Source: Clostridia bacterium
GTDB taxonomy: Bacteria; Bacillota; Clostridia; UMGS1883
Direction: 5' to 3'
DNA length: 64,000 bases
Assembly: GCA_045545055.1 (NCBI GenBank)
Contig: JAZQAB010000087.1
Location: forward strand, 8,049-72,048
A model generated the notes under the pieces. The model had not been told where the DNA came from, ran no database searches, and saw only the letters and a program-made list of their open reading frames with translations. The position numbers and the translations under genes were made by a program. Positions 16,303 to 25,074 of the stretch are shown here, in pieces (position 1 is the first letter of the stretch; each line of letters starts with the position of its first letter).

Positions 16303-16427
16303 GGGCGGAAGCCTCCCTTGTCTAAAGGGCTGATTTCCCCGATAGCGGGGAAAATGTCCGTAGGACAAAAGGGGCACGCTCTGGAAGAGGGGGACCGCTT
16401 GCGGTGGAGGGATTCTTATCCGCCCGT
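16299..16427 (+). repeat. GC-rich multi-stem element overlapping the remA stop codon
   Basis: GTAGGGGCGGAAGCCTCC...GGAGGGATTCTTATCCGCCC outer stem. It encloses TTGTC/GACAA, TTTCCCC-GATAGC-GGGGAAA, CTCT-GGA-AGAG and ACCG-CTTG-CGGT hairpins. Much more GC-rich than its surroundings. Confidence 0.65.
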
Positions 16428-16484
16428 TAACGAATGTTCTCCGCTGTATACTTGCATTAATTTGACAGAAAGGAATGATTACAT

Positions 16485-17102
16485 ATGAAGAAAAAAGGGT
16501 TGCTTCTTGTTATCTCCGGCCCCTCCGGAGTCGGCAAGGGTACTGTTTGCAAGGAATATCTCCGCACCCATGATGATTGCACCCTTTCCGTATCCGCTAC
16601 CACACGCAGTCCCCGTGAGGGCGAAATTGACGGTGTGAACTACTTTTTTCTGAGCCATGAGGAATTCAGAAGAAGGATAGATGCAGACGGATTTTTAGAG
16701 CATGCTGTTTTCTGCGAAAATTATTACGGCACTCCAAAGGATGCCGTTATGGAAATGATAGAAAGCGGTAAGGATGTAATATTGGAAATTGAGGTACAGG
16801 GTGCACTTCAGGTTCGCTCTCATTACCCCGAAGCCGTATTTATCTTTGTTCTCCCCCCTGCACTTGGGGATTTGGAGACAAGGCTTCGCGGCAGAGGCAC
16901 GGAGACGGAGGAGGTAATTTTAAACCGTCTTGAAAGAGCAAAGGCAGAGTTTAAATATATTGAAAAATACAATTATGTCCTTATAAATGACACGGTGGAG
17001 GCTGCCGCAGCACGTCTTGACGCTATTGTTAAAGCAGAGCACTGCCTCCTGTGCCGAAACTATAAATATATAGAAAAAGAATTTTTAAATATAGAAAGGT
17101 AA
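16485..17102 (+). CDS. gmk: Guanylate kinase
   Basis: P-loop GPSGVGKGT and SATTRSPREGEIDGVNYFF motif. Confidence 0.95.
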   Translation: MKKKGLLLVISGPSGVGKGTVCKEYLRTHDDCTLSVSATTRSPREGEIDGVNYFFLSHEEFRRRIDADGFLEHAVFCENYYGTPKDAVMEMIESGKDVILEIEVQGALQVRSHYPEAVFIFVLPPALGDLETRLRGRGTETEEVILNRLERAKAEFKYIEKYNYVLINDTVEAAAARLDAIVKAEHCLLCRNYKYIEKEFLNIER

Positions 17103-17350
17103 TGATAAATATGTTGTATCCCGAAATTTCAAAACTCATGGAGGGACTTGATTCCCGTTACTCTCTTGTAATTGTCACAGCGAAGCGTGCCCGTCAGCTT
17201 GTTTCCGATTCGGGCAATGACAAGACTGTTTCCCGTGCAATAAACGAAATTGCAAACGGTAAAATCAGATGTGTAAGAAAATCTGCACAGCAGCGTTTTT
17301 CCGAAGCAATTGCCGAATACGAGGCATCCTTGGATTCTGAGGAAGAATAA
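17102..17350 (+). CDS. rpoZ: DNA-directed RNA polymerase subunit omega
   Basis: 82 aa with SRYSLVIVTAKRARQL omega core. The ATG overlaps the gmk stop (TAATG). An alternative ATG lies 9 nt downstream. Confidence 0.8.
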   Translation: MINMLYPEISKLMEGLDSRYSLVIVTAKRARQLVSDSGNDKTVSRAINEIANGKIRCVRKSAQQRFSEAIAEYEASLDSEEE

Positions 17351-17352
17351 TT

Positions 17353-19785
17353 ATGATTGCTCAGGTTTATGTAAATACAAAAAACCTGAATATCGACAAG
17401 CCCTTTGACTACCTTGTGCCTCATAATCTTGAGGATAAAATTGCGGTGGGTTGCCGCGTTAAAATTCCTTTTGGCACAGGGAATATGCCCAAGGAGGCTT
17501 ATGTTACCGAGCTTAAAAATGTCAGCAGCTTTGAATCGCTCAAGGAGATTAAATCCTTAACCGATGAGCTTCCCGTGCTGACAAAAAGCAGCATCGGTCT
17601 ATGCTTTTACATGAGGGAAAGGTACTTTTGCACCTTTTCCGAAGCGGCACAGTTATGCCTTCCCCCGGGAACCGATGCAAAGTTTGAGGAATGGATTTTG
17701 CTTACTCACAAATATTTTGATATGCTTTCCTCTGTTAAAGGAATAAAGCAGGAACAGCTTATTAAGCTTTTGGAGCAATCGGACGGCAGTGCGGAAATGC
17801 AGCAGATTAAAGCTCTTTTGGGCAAAAATGCCAGAGCCACGGTAAACGCACTTATAAAAAAGGGAATATGCGAAAAAAGCTTCCGTGATAAACGCCGTGC
17901 AAACGAAAAGACAGTCCGTCTGGCTTTCTACTGTGGCGAGGAGGACATTTCCTACTATATTGAAAAGCTTGAAAAGGCAGCCCCCCGTCAGGCGGCTGTG
18001 CTTAAAGTTTTAAATGAGCTTGGCGAGCTTTCCGTTCCCGACATATTGCGAGCCTCAGGCTCTACACGAAATGCCGTGGAGTCGCTTCATGTAAAACATT
18101 TAATAGATTATCGTGAAGCAGAGCTTCTGCGTAATCCCCTGGAGGGAAAAACCACTTCGGAGCCTGCTCCCCTTAAGCTGTCAAAGCTGCAGGAGGAAGC
18201 CTCTAAGACCATAACAGAAAGCAAAAGAGGAATCTTTCTTATACACGGCGTTACGGGAAGCGGTAAAACTGAGGTGTATATGAGCATTGTTTCCAAGGCT
18301 TTGGAAAAAAACAAGCAGGTCATAATTCTTGTCCCCGAAATCGCCTTGACTCCACAGATGACGAGCCGTTTTTTCAGTCGTTTCGGTAAAAACGTGGCTG
18401 TTATTCACAGTGCTCTTTCTTTAGGGGAAAGGCTGGACGAATGGCGGAGAATACGCCGTGGTGAAGCAAGGCTTATTATCGGTGCAAGAAGTGCAATTTT
18501 TGCCCCCTGCGACAATTTAGGAGCAATAATAATTGACGAGGAGCATGAGCAATCCTACAAATCGGAGTCCTCTCCCCGTTACCATGCCCGTGATATTGCG
18601 GCTCATCTTGCAAAGGAGCATAGCTGTCCGCTTATCTTAGGCAGTGCAACGCCGTCTGTTGAAAGCTATTATAAAGCAAAATGCGGCGAATATACTTTAA
18701 TAGAGCTTTTGGAAAGGTATAATAAAAGACCGCTTCCCGAAGTTTTTATTTCCGATATGCGTCAGGAGCTTAAAGAGGGAAACAAAACTGTTTTAAGCCG
18801 ATTTCTTGCAAAAGAGATTGATGCAAATATCAAAAGCGGTGAGCAGACCATTTTGTTTCTTAACAGGAGGGGTTATTCCACCTTTGTTTCCTGCCGTGAA
18901 TGCGGATTTGTGTTTTCCTGTCCCAATTGCAGTGTTTCGCTGACATATCACAAAAACACCGATTCTCTTACCTGCCATTACTGCGGCTACAGAGAAAGGG
19001 TTAAGAGCATTTGCCCCAAATGCGGTGGAAGCCGTGTGCGTGATTTCGGCAGAGGTACGCAAAAAGCACAGGAGCAGATTGAAAGCATCTTCCCCTCCGC
19101 AAAAACGCTCAGAATGGATGCGGATACCACAAGCGGAAAGAGAGGGCATGAAAAGCTTTTAGAGCAGTTCGACGGAGAGAAGACCGATATCCTCTTAGGC
19201 ACGCAAATGGTTACAAAGGGGCTTGATTTTGAAAATGTGACTCTTGTGGGAGTATTGGCGGCAGATGCCTCGCTTAACATTGATGATTTCAGAGCACAGG
19301 AGCGTACCTTTAATCTGATAACGCAGGTGTGCGGCAGAGCAGGCAGAGGCGAAAAAAAGGGCAGATGCGTCATTCAGACCTACGAGCCTGAAAATCCAAC
19401 GCTTCTTTTGGCGGCATCACAGGATTACAAGGCATTTTTTGAGGATGAAATTTCCTACAGACGGGAGTTTCTTTATCCCCCGTTTTGTGATATTATAAAT
19501 ATAACGGCATCCTCCTCCGACCGTGAGGAGGCGGAGAAAGCAATAGGAAGCATCGCTATGAAGCTGAGAGTTGCTCTCCGTGGTTATGACAACTGCAAGT
19601 TCTACGGCCCTTCGCCTGCACCCGTAAATAAAATTCAGGGCAGGCACAGAATGAGGCTGTGGCTTAAATGCCGTGCCGATGAGGATTTTATCCGTGAGCT
19701 TCGCAATATTGTTCACGAAAACCCGAAAAAACGAAATTCCGATTTATCGGTAATTGCGGATATTAATCCATACAGTATGAGTTAA
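17353..19785 (+). CDS. priA: Primosomal protein N' (PriA helicase)
   Basis: 810 aa with helicase motifs GVTGSGKTEVY and IIDEEHE, plus Cys-rich zinc module CRECG...CPNC...CHYCG...CPKCG. Confidence 0.95.
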   Translation: MIAQVYVNTKNLNIDKPFDYLVPHNLEDKIAVGCRVKIPFGTGNMPKEAYVTELKNVSSFESLKEIKSLTDELPVLTKSSIGLCFYMRERYFCTFSEAAQLCLPPGTDAKFEEWILLTHKYFDMLSSVKGIKQEQLIKLLEQSDGSAEMQQIKALLGKNARATVNALIKKGICEKSFRDKRRANEKTVRLAFYCGEEDISYYIEKLEKAAPRQAAVLKVLNELGELSVPDILRASGSTRNAVESLHVKHLIDYREAELLRNPLEGKTTSEPAPLKLSKLQEEASKTITESKRGIFLIHGVTGSGKTEVYMSIVSKALEKNKQVIILVPEIALTPQMTSRFFSRFGKNVAVIHSALSLGERLDEWRRIRRGEARLIIGARSAIFAPCDNLGAIIIDEEHEQSYKSESSPRYHARDIAAHLAKEHSCPLILGSATPSVESYYKAKCGEYTLIELLERYNKRPLPEVFISDMRQELKEGNKTVLSRFLAKEIDANIKSGEQTILFLNRRGYSTFVSCRECGFVFSCPNCSVSLTYHKNTDSLTCHYCGYRERVKSICPKCGGSRVRDFGRGTQKAQEQIESIFPSAKTLRMDADTTSGKRGHEKLLEQFDGEKTDILLGTQMVTKGLDFENVTLVGVLAADASLNIDDFRAQERTFNLITQVCGRAGRGEKKGRCVIQTYEPENPTLLLAASQDYKAFFEDEISYRREFLYPPFCDIINITASSSDREEAEKAIGSIAMKLRVALRGYDNCKFYGPSPAPVNKIQGRHRMRLWLKCRADEDFIRELRNIVHENPKKRNSDLSVIADINPYSMS

Positions 19786-19802
19786 TTTGAACAAAGCGGC
19801 AA

Positions 19803-19868
19803 GAGCAAGCCCTTGCCCTACAAAATTTGCTCGTCTTACCTATATGGTGTAGGGATGGGGCTTGCTCC
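19803..19868. repeat. TGTAGGG-type inverted-repeat element between priA and def
   Basis: GAGCAAGCCCTTGCCCTACA (19803-19822) versus TGTAGGGATGGGGCTTGCTC (19849-19868). The 20-nt arms are complementary except the central 3 nt, with a 26-nt loop. Confidence 0.7.
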
Positions 19869-19902
19869 ATCCGAAACATTTACATTTTAAGGAGAAATTA
19901 AC

Positions 19903-20376
19903 ATGGCAATAAGAAAAATCAGAGAAATAGGCGACCCGTGCCTTAAAAAGAAATGCCGTGAGGTTGAAAATTTTGACGAAAAGCTTCACACACTTCTTGA
20001 CGATATGCAGGAAACACTCCTACTTGCAAACGGAGTTGGACTTGCCGCACCTCAGGTGGGAATCCTCCGCAGGGCGGTTGTAATAGATTTGGGCGAGGAC
20101 GAGGGTATGCTTGAGCTTATAAACCCCGTTATCACCCATACAGAAGGCAGTGTTACCGATACTGAGGGCTGTCTTAGCGTTCCCGGCAAGGCAGGGACGG
20201 TTACAAGACCTCAGAAGGCTACCGTAAAGGCATTTGACCGCTTCGGGGAAGAATTTGAATTTACGGGCGAAGACCTTTATGCAAGGTGCATTTGTCACGA
20301 ATGTGACCACCTTGACGGCACACTTTACGTTGAAAAGGCGTCCGAAATGTTTGACTTGGAACAGAATGAGGAGTAA
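19903..20376 (+). CDS. def: Peptide deformylase
   Basis: Motifs GVGLAAPQ, EGCLSVPG and HECDHLDG. Confidence 0.95.
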   Translation: MAIRKIREIGDPCLKKKCREVENFDEKLHTLLDDMQETLLLANGVGLAAPQVGILRRAVVIDLGEDEGMLELINPVITHTEGSVTDTEGCLSVPGKAGTVTRPQKATVKAFDRFGEEFEFTGEDLYARCICHECDHLDGTLYVEKASEMFDLEQNEE

Positions 20377-20380
20377 TTCT

Positions 20381-21307
20381 ATGCGTATATTATTTATGGG
20401 AACCCCTGAATTTGCACAGGTTTCCCTGAAAGCACTTATTGATGACAACAGAGACGTAATAGGCGTAATCACACAGCCCGATAAGCCCAAGGGCAGGGGA
20501 TACGAGATGTCAATGCCCGAAGTGAAAATATTTGCTTTGGAAAAAAACATTCCCGTGTATCAGCCCGAAACACTTAAAGATGAAGCCATTCTTCCTCTTT
20601 TAAAGGCGCTTAATCCCGACATTATTGTGGTGGTTGCATACGGAAAAATACTTCCCGAATATATACTTAATTATCCAAAATACGGCTGCATCAATATTCA
20701 CGGCTCACTTCTTCCCCGATACCGAGGTGCCGCACCCATACAAAGAGCCGTAATTGACGGAAATAAGGTTAGCGGTGTAACAAGCATGTATATGGAAAAA
20801 GGGCTTGACACAGGTGATATGCTGATAAAGGCGGAGCTTCCCATAGGAGAGGAAGCCACAGCAGGCGAGTATCACGATGCTCTTGCCGTTTTGGGCGGCG
20901 AAGTGCTTCTTAAAACGTTGGACGGATTAAAAGAGGGAACAATTACCCCCGAAAAGCAAAGCGATGCTCTTTCCACATATGCTTCCCAGCTTTCAAAAGC
21001 GGAGGGAGAAATTGACTGGAATAATACAAACGAACAAATCTACAATAAAGTAAGGGGACTTAATCCCTGGCCGAAGGCTTTCAGCTTTATCGGTGGAAAG
21101 AGATTTGTGGTTGACTTTGTATATAAATGCGACGATGAAGGAAATGCAGGCGAGGTTCTCAGTGCCGACTCTGCCGGAATCAAGGTTGCCTGCAAAACGG
21201 GCAGTGTTATCATAAAAGAAATTAAGGTAGAAGGCAAAAAGAAAATGTCCGCAGAGGAATATCTTCGCGGTCACAAAATCGAAAAAGGCACAAAATTAGG
21301 AGTGTGA
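20381..21307 (+). CDS. fmt: Methionyl-tRNA formyltransferase
   Basis: MRILFMGTPEFA and HGSLLPRYRGAAPIQ. Start ATG 20381 is just after the def stop. The track ORF's 5' extension overlaps def. Confidence 0.95.
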   Translation: MRILFMGTPEFAQVSLKALIDDNRDVIGVITQPDKPKGRGYEMSMPEVKIFALEKNIPVYQPETLKDEAILPLLKALNPDIIVVVAYGKILPEYILNYPKYGCINIHGSLLPRYRGAAPIQRAVIDGNKVSGVTSMYMEKGLDTGDMLIKAELPIGEEATAGEYHDALAVLGGEVLLKTLDGLKEGTITPEKQSDALSTYASQLSKAEGEIDWNNTNEQIYNKVRGLNPWPKAFSFIGGKRFVVDFVYKCDDEGNAGEVLSADSAGIKVACKTGSVIIKEIKVEGKKKMSAEEYLRGHKIEKGTKLGV

Positions 21308-21313
21308 TTTTAT

Positions 21314-22018
21314 ATGTTTTTCGGATATGGTTATTATATGGATGCCGGTCTTGTACTGGTTCTCATTGCAGGTATATTTTCAATGCTTGCTTCAGTGAGA
21401 GTTAATTCCACCTTTAAAAAGTTTTCTTCAATGCACACAGGCAGAAATATCACGGGAGAGCAGGCGGCAAGAAGAATCTTAGATTCCAACGGACTTTATG
21501 ACGTCCGCATCGAGAGAGTCCGCGGTGAGCTGACCGACCATTACGACCCCAAGGCTAATGTAATAAGGCTTTCCGACAGTGTACACAGCTCTACCTCTGT
21601 TGCGGCAGTAGGAGTTGCGGCTCATGAAGCAGGTCATGCCGTTCAGCATGCCACAAATTACAAGCCCATTCAACTTCGTAATTCTATCGTCCCCGTTGCA
21701 AATATAGGCTCTATGGCAGGCCCTTACCTTGTTATCTTGGGGCTTCTTATGTCCTACGGCCCTCTTGCCTATGCAGGAATTGCCTTTTTCTCACTGGCAG
21801 TTCTCTTTCAGCTTGTTACCCTCCCTGTGGAATTTAACGCATCAAGGAGAGCCATTGCTACTCTTTCAAACGGCGGCTACCTTGAAAGTGATGAAGTTCC
21901 TGCGGTGAAAAAAGTTCTCGGTGCGGCGGCAATGACATACGTTGCGGCAGCGGCTGTTTCCATTATGCAGTTGCTCCGGCTTCTTATGCTTGTAGGCTCC
22001 AGAAGGAATGATGACTGA
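21314..22018 (+). CDS. Membrane-associated neutral zinc metallopeptidase family protein
   Basis: 234 aa with an HEAGHAVQH zinc motif flanked by hydrophobic segments. Confidence 0.75.
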   Translation: MFFGYGYYMDAGLVLVLIAGIFSMLASVRVNSTFKKFSSMHTGRNITGEQAARRILDSNGLYDVRIERVRGELTDHYDPKANVIRLSDSVHSSTSVAAVGVAAHEAGHAVQHATNYKPIQLRNSIVPVANIGSMAGPYLVILGLLMSYGPLAYAGIAFFSLAVLFQLVTLPVEFNASRRAIATLSNGGYLESDEVPAVKKVLGAAAMTYVAAAAVSIMQLLRLLMLVGSRRNDD

Positions 22019-23274
22019 TGAGTCCACTTTCAAAGCCCCGTGAGGCGGCACTTAAAGCGTTATACCGCTGTGAAAAGGACGGAGCATACCTGAACATTGC
22101 ACTTCGTGATATATTGGCATCTGCCAACATGGAGCCGAGGGATAACGCCCTTGCTACCAATATTGCTTTCGGAGTGATGAAAAATCGTCTTTTCCTTGAC
22201 AATATTATAGCAAACATATCTTCAATAAAGTTAAAAAAGCTTTCCGTATGGATTATCAATATTTTGAGAATGGGAATTTTCGAGCTTCGTTTTCTCGACA
22301 GAATCCCCGAAAGTGCCACGGTAAACGAGTGCGTCCGCCTTGCAAGAAGGTACGGGCACAGTGCTTCGGGCGGATTTGTGAATGCAGTGCTTCGGAAAGC
22401 CGCTTCTTCGGGAGATTTTCTGCCCGAGGACACCGAAAGCGTTGAATATATAAGCATTAAATATTCTATGCCTATGTGGTTGGTGAATTTATTGAAAAGT
22501 CAGGGACACACCACAGAGCTTTTTAAGGCAATGAATGATACTCCCCCCGTAACGGTGAGGCTTAACACCTTGAAAGTGAGCGGGCTTGGAGAGGATTTTG
22601 AAAAAACGCAGGACTGCGAATTTTCCTACCGATACACAGGAAGCGGAAGCGTAGAAAACACAGAGGAATTTATAAGCGGAGCCATTGCAATTCAGGACGG
22701 TGCTTCTCAAAGGGCAATTACAGCTTTTGGAATTGAAAAGGGCATGCGAGTGCTTGATTTATGCAGTGCCCCCGGCGGAAAAAGTGCATTTATGGCACAG
22801 CTTATGGATAATACAGGGGAAATTATCTCCTGCGATATACATAGTCATAAGCTGTCGCTCATTGAAACAAACCTTAACAGACTCGGTGTTACAAACGCCC
22901 GTGTTATGCTAAACGACGCCACCGTTTTTAACCCCGAATTTGCCGACAGCTTTGATGCCGTACTAGCAGATGTTCCCTGTTCAGGGTTGGGAGTAATCCG
23001 CAGAAAAAGCGATATTAAATGGACAAAATCCGAGCTTGGTAATGACGAACTGGTAAAAATTCAGCGAGATATCATCTCCAATGCCGTAAAATATGTGAAA
23101 ACGGGAGGAAGACTGATGTATTCCACCTGCACAATAAATAAAAGCGAAAATGTGGATAATGTAAAGTGGATTTCAGATAACTTTTCCGAGTTTTCCCTCA
23201 TGGAGCAAAAACAGCTTATGCCCCACACAGACGGCACTGACGGATTTTTCTACGCCGTTTTTGAAAGGAAGTAA
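22018..23274 (+). CDS. rsmB: 16S rRNA (cytosine967-C5)-methyltransferase
   Basis: NusB-like N-terminal domain plus DLCSAPGGKS, DVPCSGLG and YSTCT motifs. Follows fmt as in the B. subtilis ylo cluster. Confidence 0.9.
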   Translation: MSPLSKPREAALKALYRCEKDGAYLNIALRDILASANMEPRDNALATNIAFGVMKNRLFLDNIIANISSIKLKKLSVWIINILRMGIFELRFLDRIPESATVNECVRLARRYGHSASGGFVNAVLRKAASSGDFLPEDTESVEYISIKYSMPMWLVNLLKSQGHTTELFKAMNDTPPVTVRLNTLKVSGLGEDFEKTQDCEFSYRYTGSGSVENTEEFISGAIAIQDGASQRAITAFGIEKGMRVLDLCSAPGGKSAFMAQLMDNTGEIISCDIHSHKLSLIETNLNRLGVTNARVMLNDATVFNPEFADSFDAVLADVPCSGLGVIRRKSDIKWTKSELGNDELVKIQRDIISNAVKYVKTGGRLMYSTCTINKSENVDNVKWISDNFSEFSLMEQKQLMPHTDGTDGFFYAVFERK

Positions 23275-23279
23275 AAGCC

Positions 23280-24296
23280 TTGAATTTAGGTGATTTGACA
23301 AAAGCACAGCTAAAAGAATATGTAAAAAGCATCGGGCAAAGTGCCTTCCGTGCAGACCAGATTTACAAATGGATTCACGCAGGAATTGAAGCCCCCGATG
23401 AAATGACCAATATTCCGCTTGCTCTCAGGCAAAGGCTCTGTGAGGATTTTGAAATTTTTCTTCCCACTGTACACAAAAAGCTTGAAAGCAGGCTTGACGG
23501 GACGGTAAAATATCTTCTTCGCCTTTCCGACGGCAATATAATTGAAACCGTGGTAATGGATTACCACCACGGAAAAAGCATCTGCATCTCAAGTCAGGTC
23601 GGGTGCAGAATGGGATGCAGTTTTTGTGCCTCCACTCTCCATGGGCTGACGAGAAATCTTTCTCCCTTTGAAATAGAGGGACAGATTTTAAGGGCACAAA
23701 AAGACCTTGGCGTAAAAATAAATAGTGTGGTAATTATGGGAATAGGCGAGCCTCTTGATAATTACGATAACATAATTACATTTTTGAAAAACGTAAATGA
23801 CGAATCGGGCATAGGAATGGGCTACAGGCACATAACCCTTTCCACCTGCGGTCTTGCGGATAAAATCCGTACGCTTGCAGATGAGGAAATCCCCATAAAC
23901 TTAGCAATTTCCCTCCATGCCCCCACAGACGAGGTAAGAAAGACTCTGATGCCCGTGGCAAAGGCGTATTCCCTTGAAAGTCTGATGAGTGCCTGTGACT
24001 ATTACTTTGATAAAACCCACAGACGCATAACCTTTGAGTATGCACTGGTAAAAGATAAAAATTCTCATGCCGAGGAAGCACGCACCCTTGCAAGGCTTCT
24101 TCGGGGAAGAAACTGTCACGTGAATTTAATTCCCGTAAATCCCGTCAGGGAGCGTGACAACGTACGCACAAGCGAGGGAGAAACGCAGGCTTTTAAAAAG
24201 GTGCTTGAAAGCCTTGGAATAAATGCAACAATCCGCAGGGAGCTTGGTGCAGATATAAATGCCTCCTGCGGACAGCTTAGAAACAATGAATTGTAA
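23280..24296 (+). CDS. rlmN: 23S rRNA/tRNA (adenine-C2)-methyltransferase, radical SAM
   Basis: CRMGCSFCAS radical-SAM cluster motif and GIGEPLDN. TTG start. Confidence 0.92.
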   Translation: MNLGDLTKAQLKEYVKSIGQSAFRADQIYKWIHAGIEAPDEMTNIPLALRQRLCEDFEIFLPTVHKKLESRLDGTVKYLLRLSDGNIIETVVMDYHHGKSICISSQVGCRMGCSFCASTLHGLTRNLSPFEIEGQILRAQKDLGVKINSVVIMGIGEPLDNYDNIITFLKNVNDESGIGMGYRHITLSTCGLADKIRTLADEEIPINLAISLHAPTDEVRKTLMPVAKAYSLESLMSACDYYFDKTHRRITFEYALVKDKNSHAEEARTLARLLRGRNCHVNLIPVNPVRERDNVRTSEGETQAFKKVLESLGINATIRRELGADINASCGQLRNNEL

Positions 24297-24319
24297 AACC
24301 CTTTTGGGGAGGTGGTAAT

Positions 24320-25051
24320 ATGCAGTTTTATTCACTTAGCGACAGAGGTATGCTTCGTGAAATAAACGAAGATTATTTCATATCGGAAAATTTGGGTGAC
24401 TATACCGTGCTGATTCTTACCGACGGCATGGGAGGCCACAACGGCGGTGAAACCGCCAGCAAAATTGCAGGGGAAATTATTTTTGATTTCCTTAGTAACA
24501 GACTAAAAAAGGCACTTCTTCCCGGTCAAATTATGCTGATGCTGGAGGAGGCTCTTGAAAAAGCTAACGAATACATTCTTTCCCTTTCCAGAAAGAAAGT
24601 AAATCTTGCAGGAATGGGCACGACTGCCGATGTTCTGGTATTTAAAAAGGATACGGCATACATAGCCCACATTGGGGACGGAAGAATTTACTCTCTTAAC
24701 CAAGGCGGAAAGCTTAATCTTTTGACAAAAGACCATTCACTGGTTGAATATATGGTTGAAACAGGTGCCATTACCCGTGAACAGGCGGCAGGTCACCCAC
24801 AGAAAAACGTTATTACAAGGGCTTTGGGGATTTCTCCCGAGGTTAATGCCGATGTTTTTCATGTAAAGACTTCGGAGAAAAGCCGTTTTCTGATGTGCAG
24901 CGACGGGCTTACAAATATGCTCAGTGACGAAGCTATCGGAAAGACGGCTGCCTCCTGCGAAAGCCTTGAGGTTGGCGTTAAGACGCTGGTAAATCAGGCA
25001 AATGAAGCAGGCGGAAACGACAATATAACAGTTATTTTGGCAGAGGTCTGA
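24320..25051 (+). CDS. prpC: PP2C-family Ser/Thr protein phosphatase
   Basis: DGMGGHNGGE and GGNDNITVI motifs. Directly upstream of the PASTA kinase. Confidence 0.9.
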   Translation: MQFYSLSDRGMLREINEDYFISENLGDYTVLILTDGMGGHNGGETASKIAGEIIFDFLSNRLKKALLPGQIMLMLEEALEKANEYILSLSRKKVNLAGMGTTADVLVFKKDTAYIAHIGDGRIYSLNQGGKLNLLTKDHSLVEYMVETGAITREQAAGHPQKNVITRALGISPEVNADVFHVKTSEKSRFLMCSDGLTNMLSDEAIGKTAASCESLEVGVKTLVNQANEAGGNDNITVILAEV

Positions 25052-25074
25052 CATTTATTTACGGAGGAAATATT

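Noticed and set aside
17351-17352. Absence of coaBC between rpoZ and priA, where B. subtilis has it.
   Set aside because: This is a simple synteny difference. Only 2 nt separate rpoZ and priA, with no remnant sequence to analyse.
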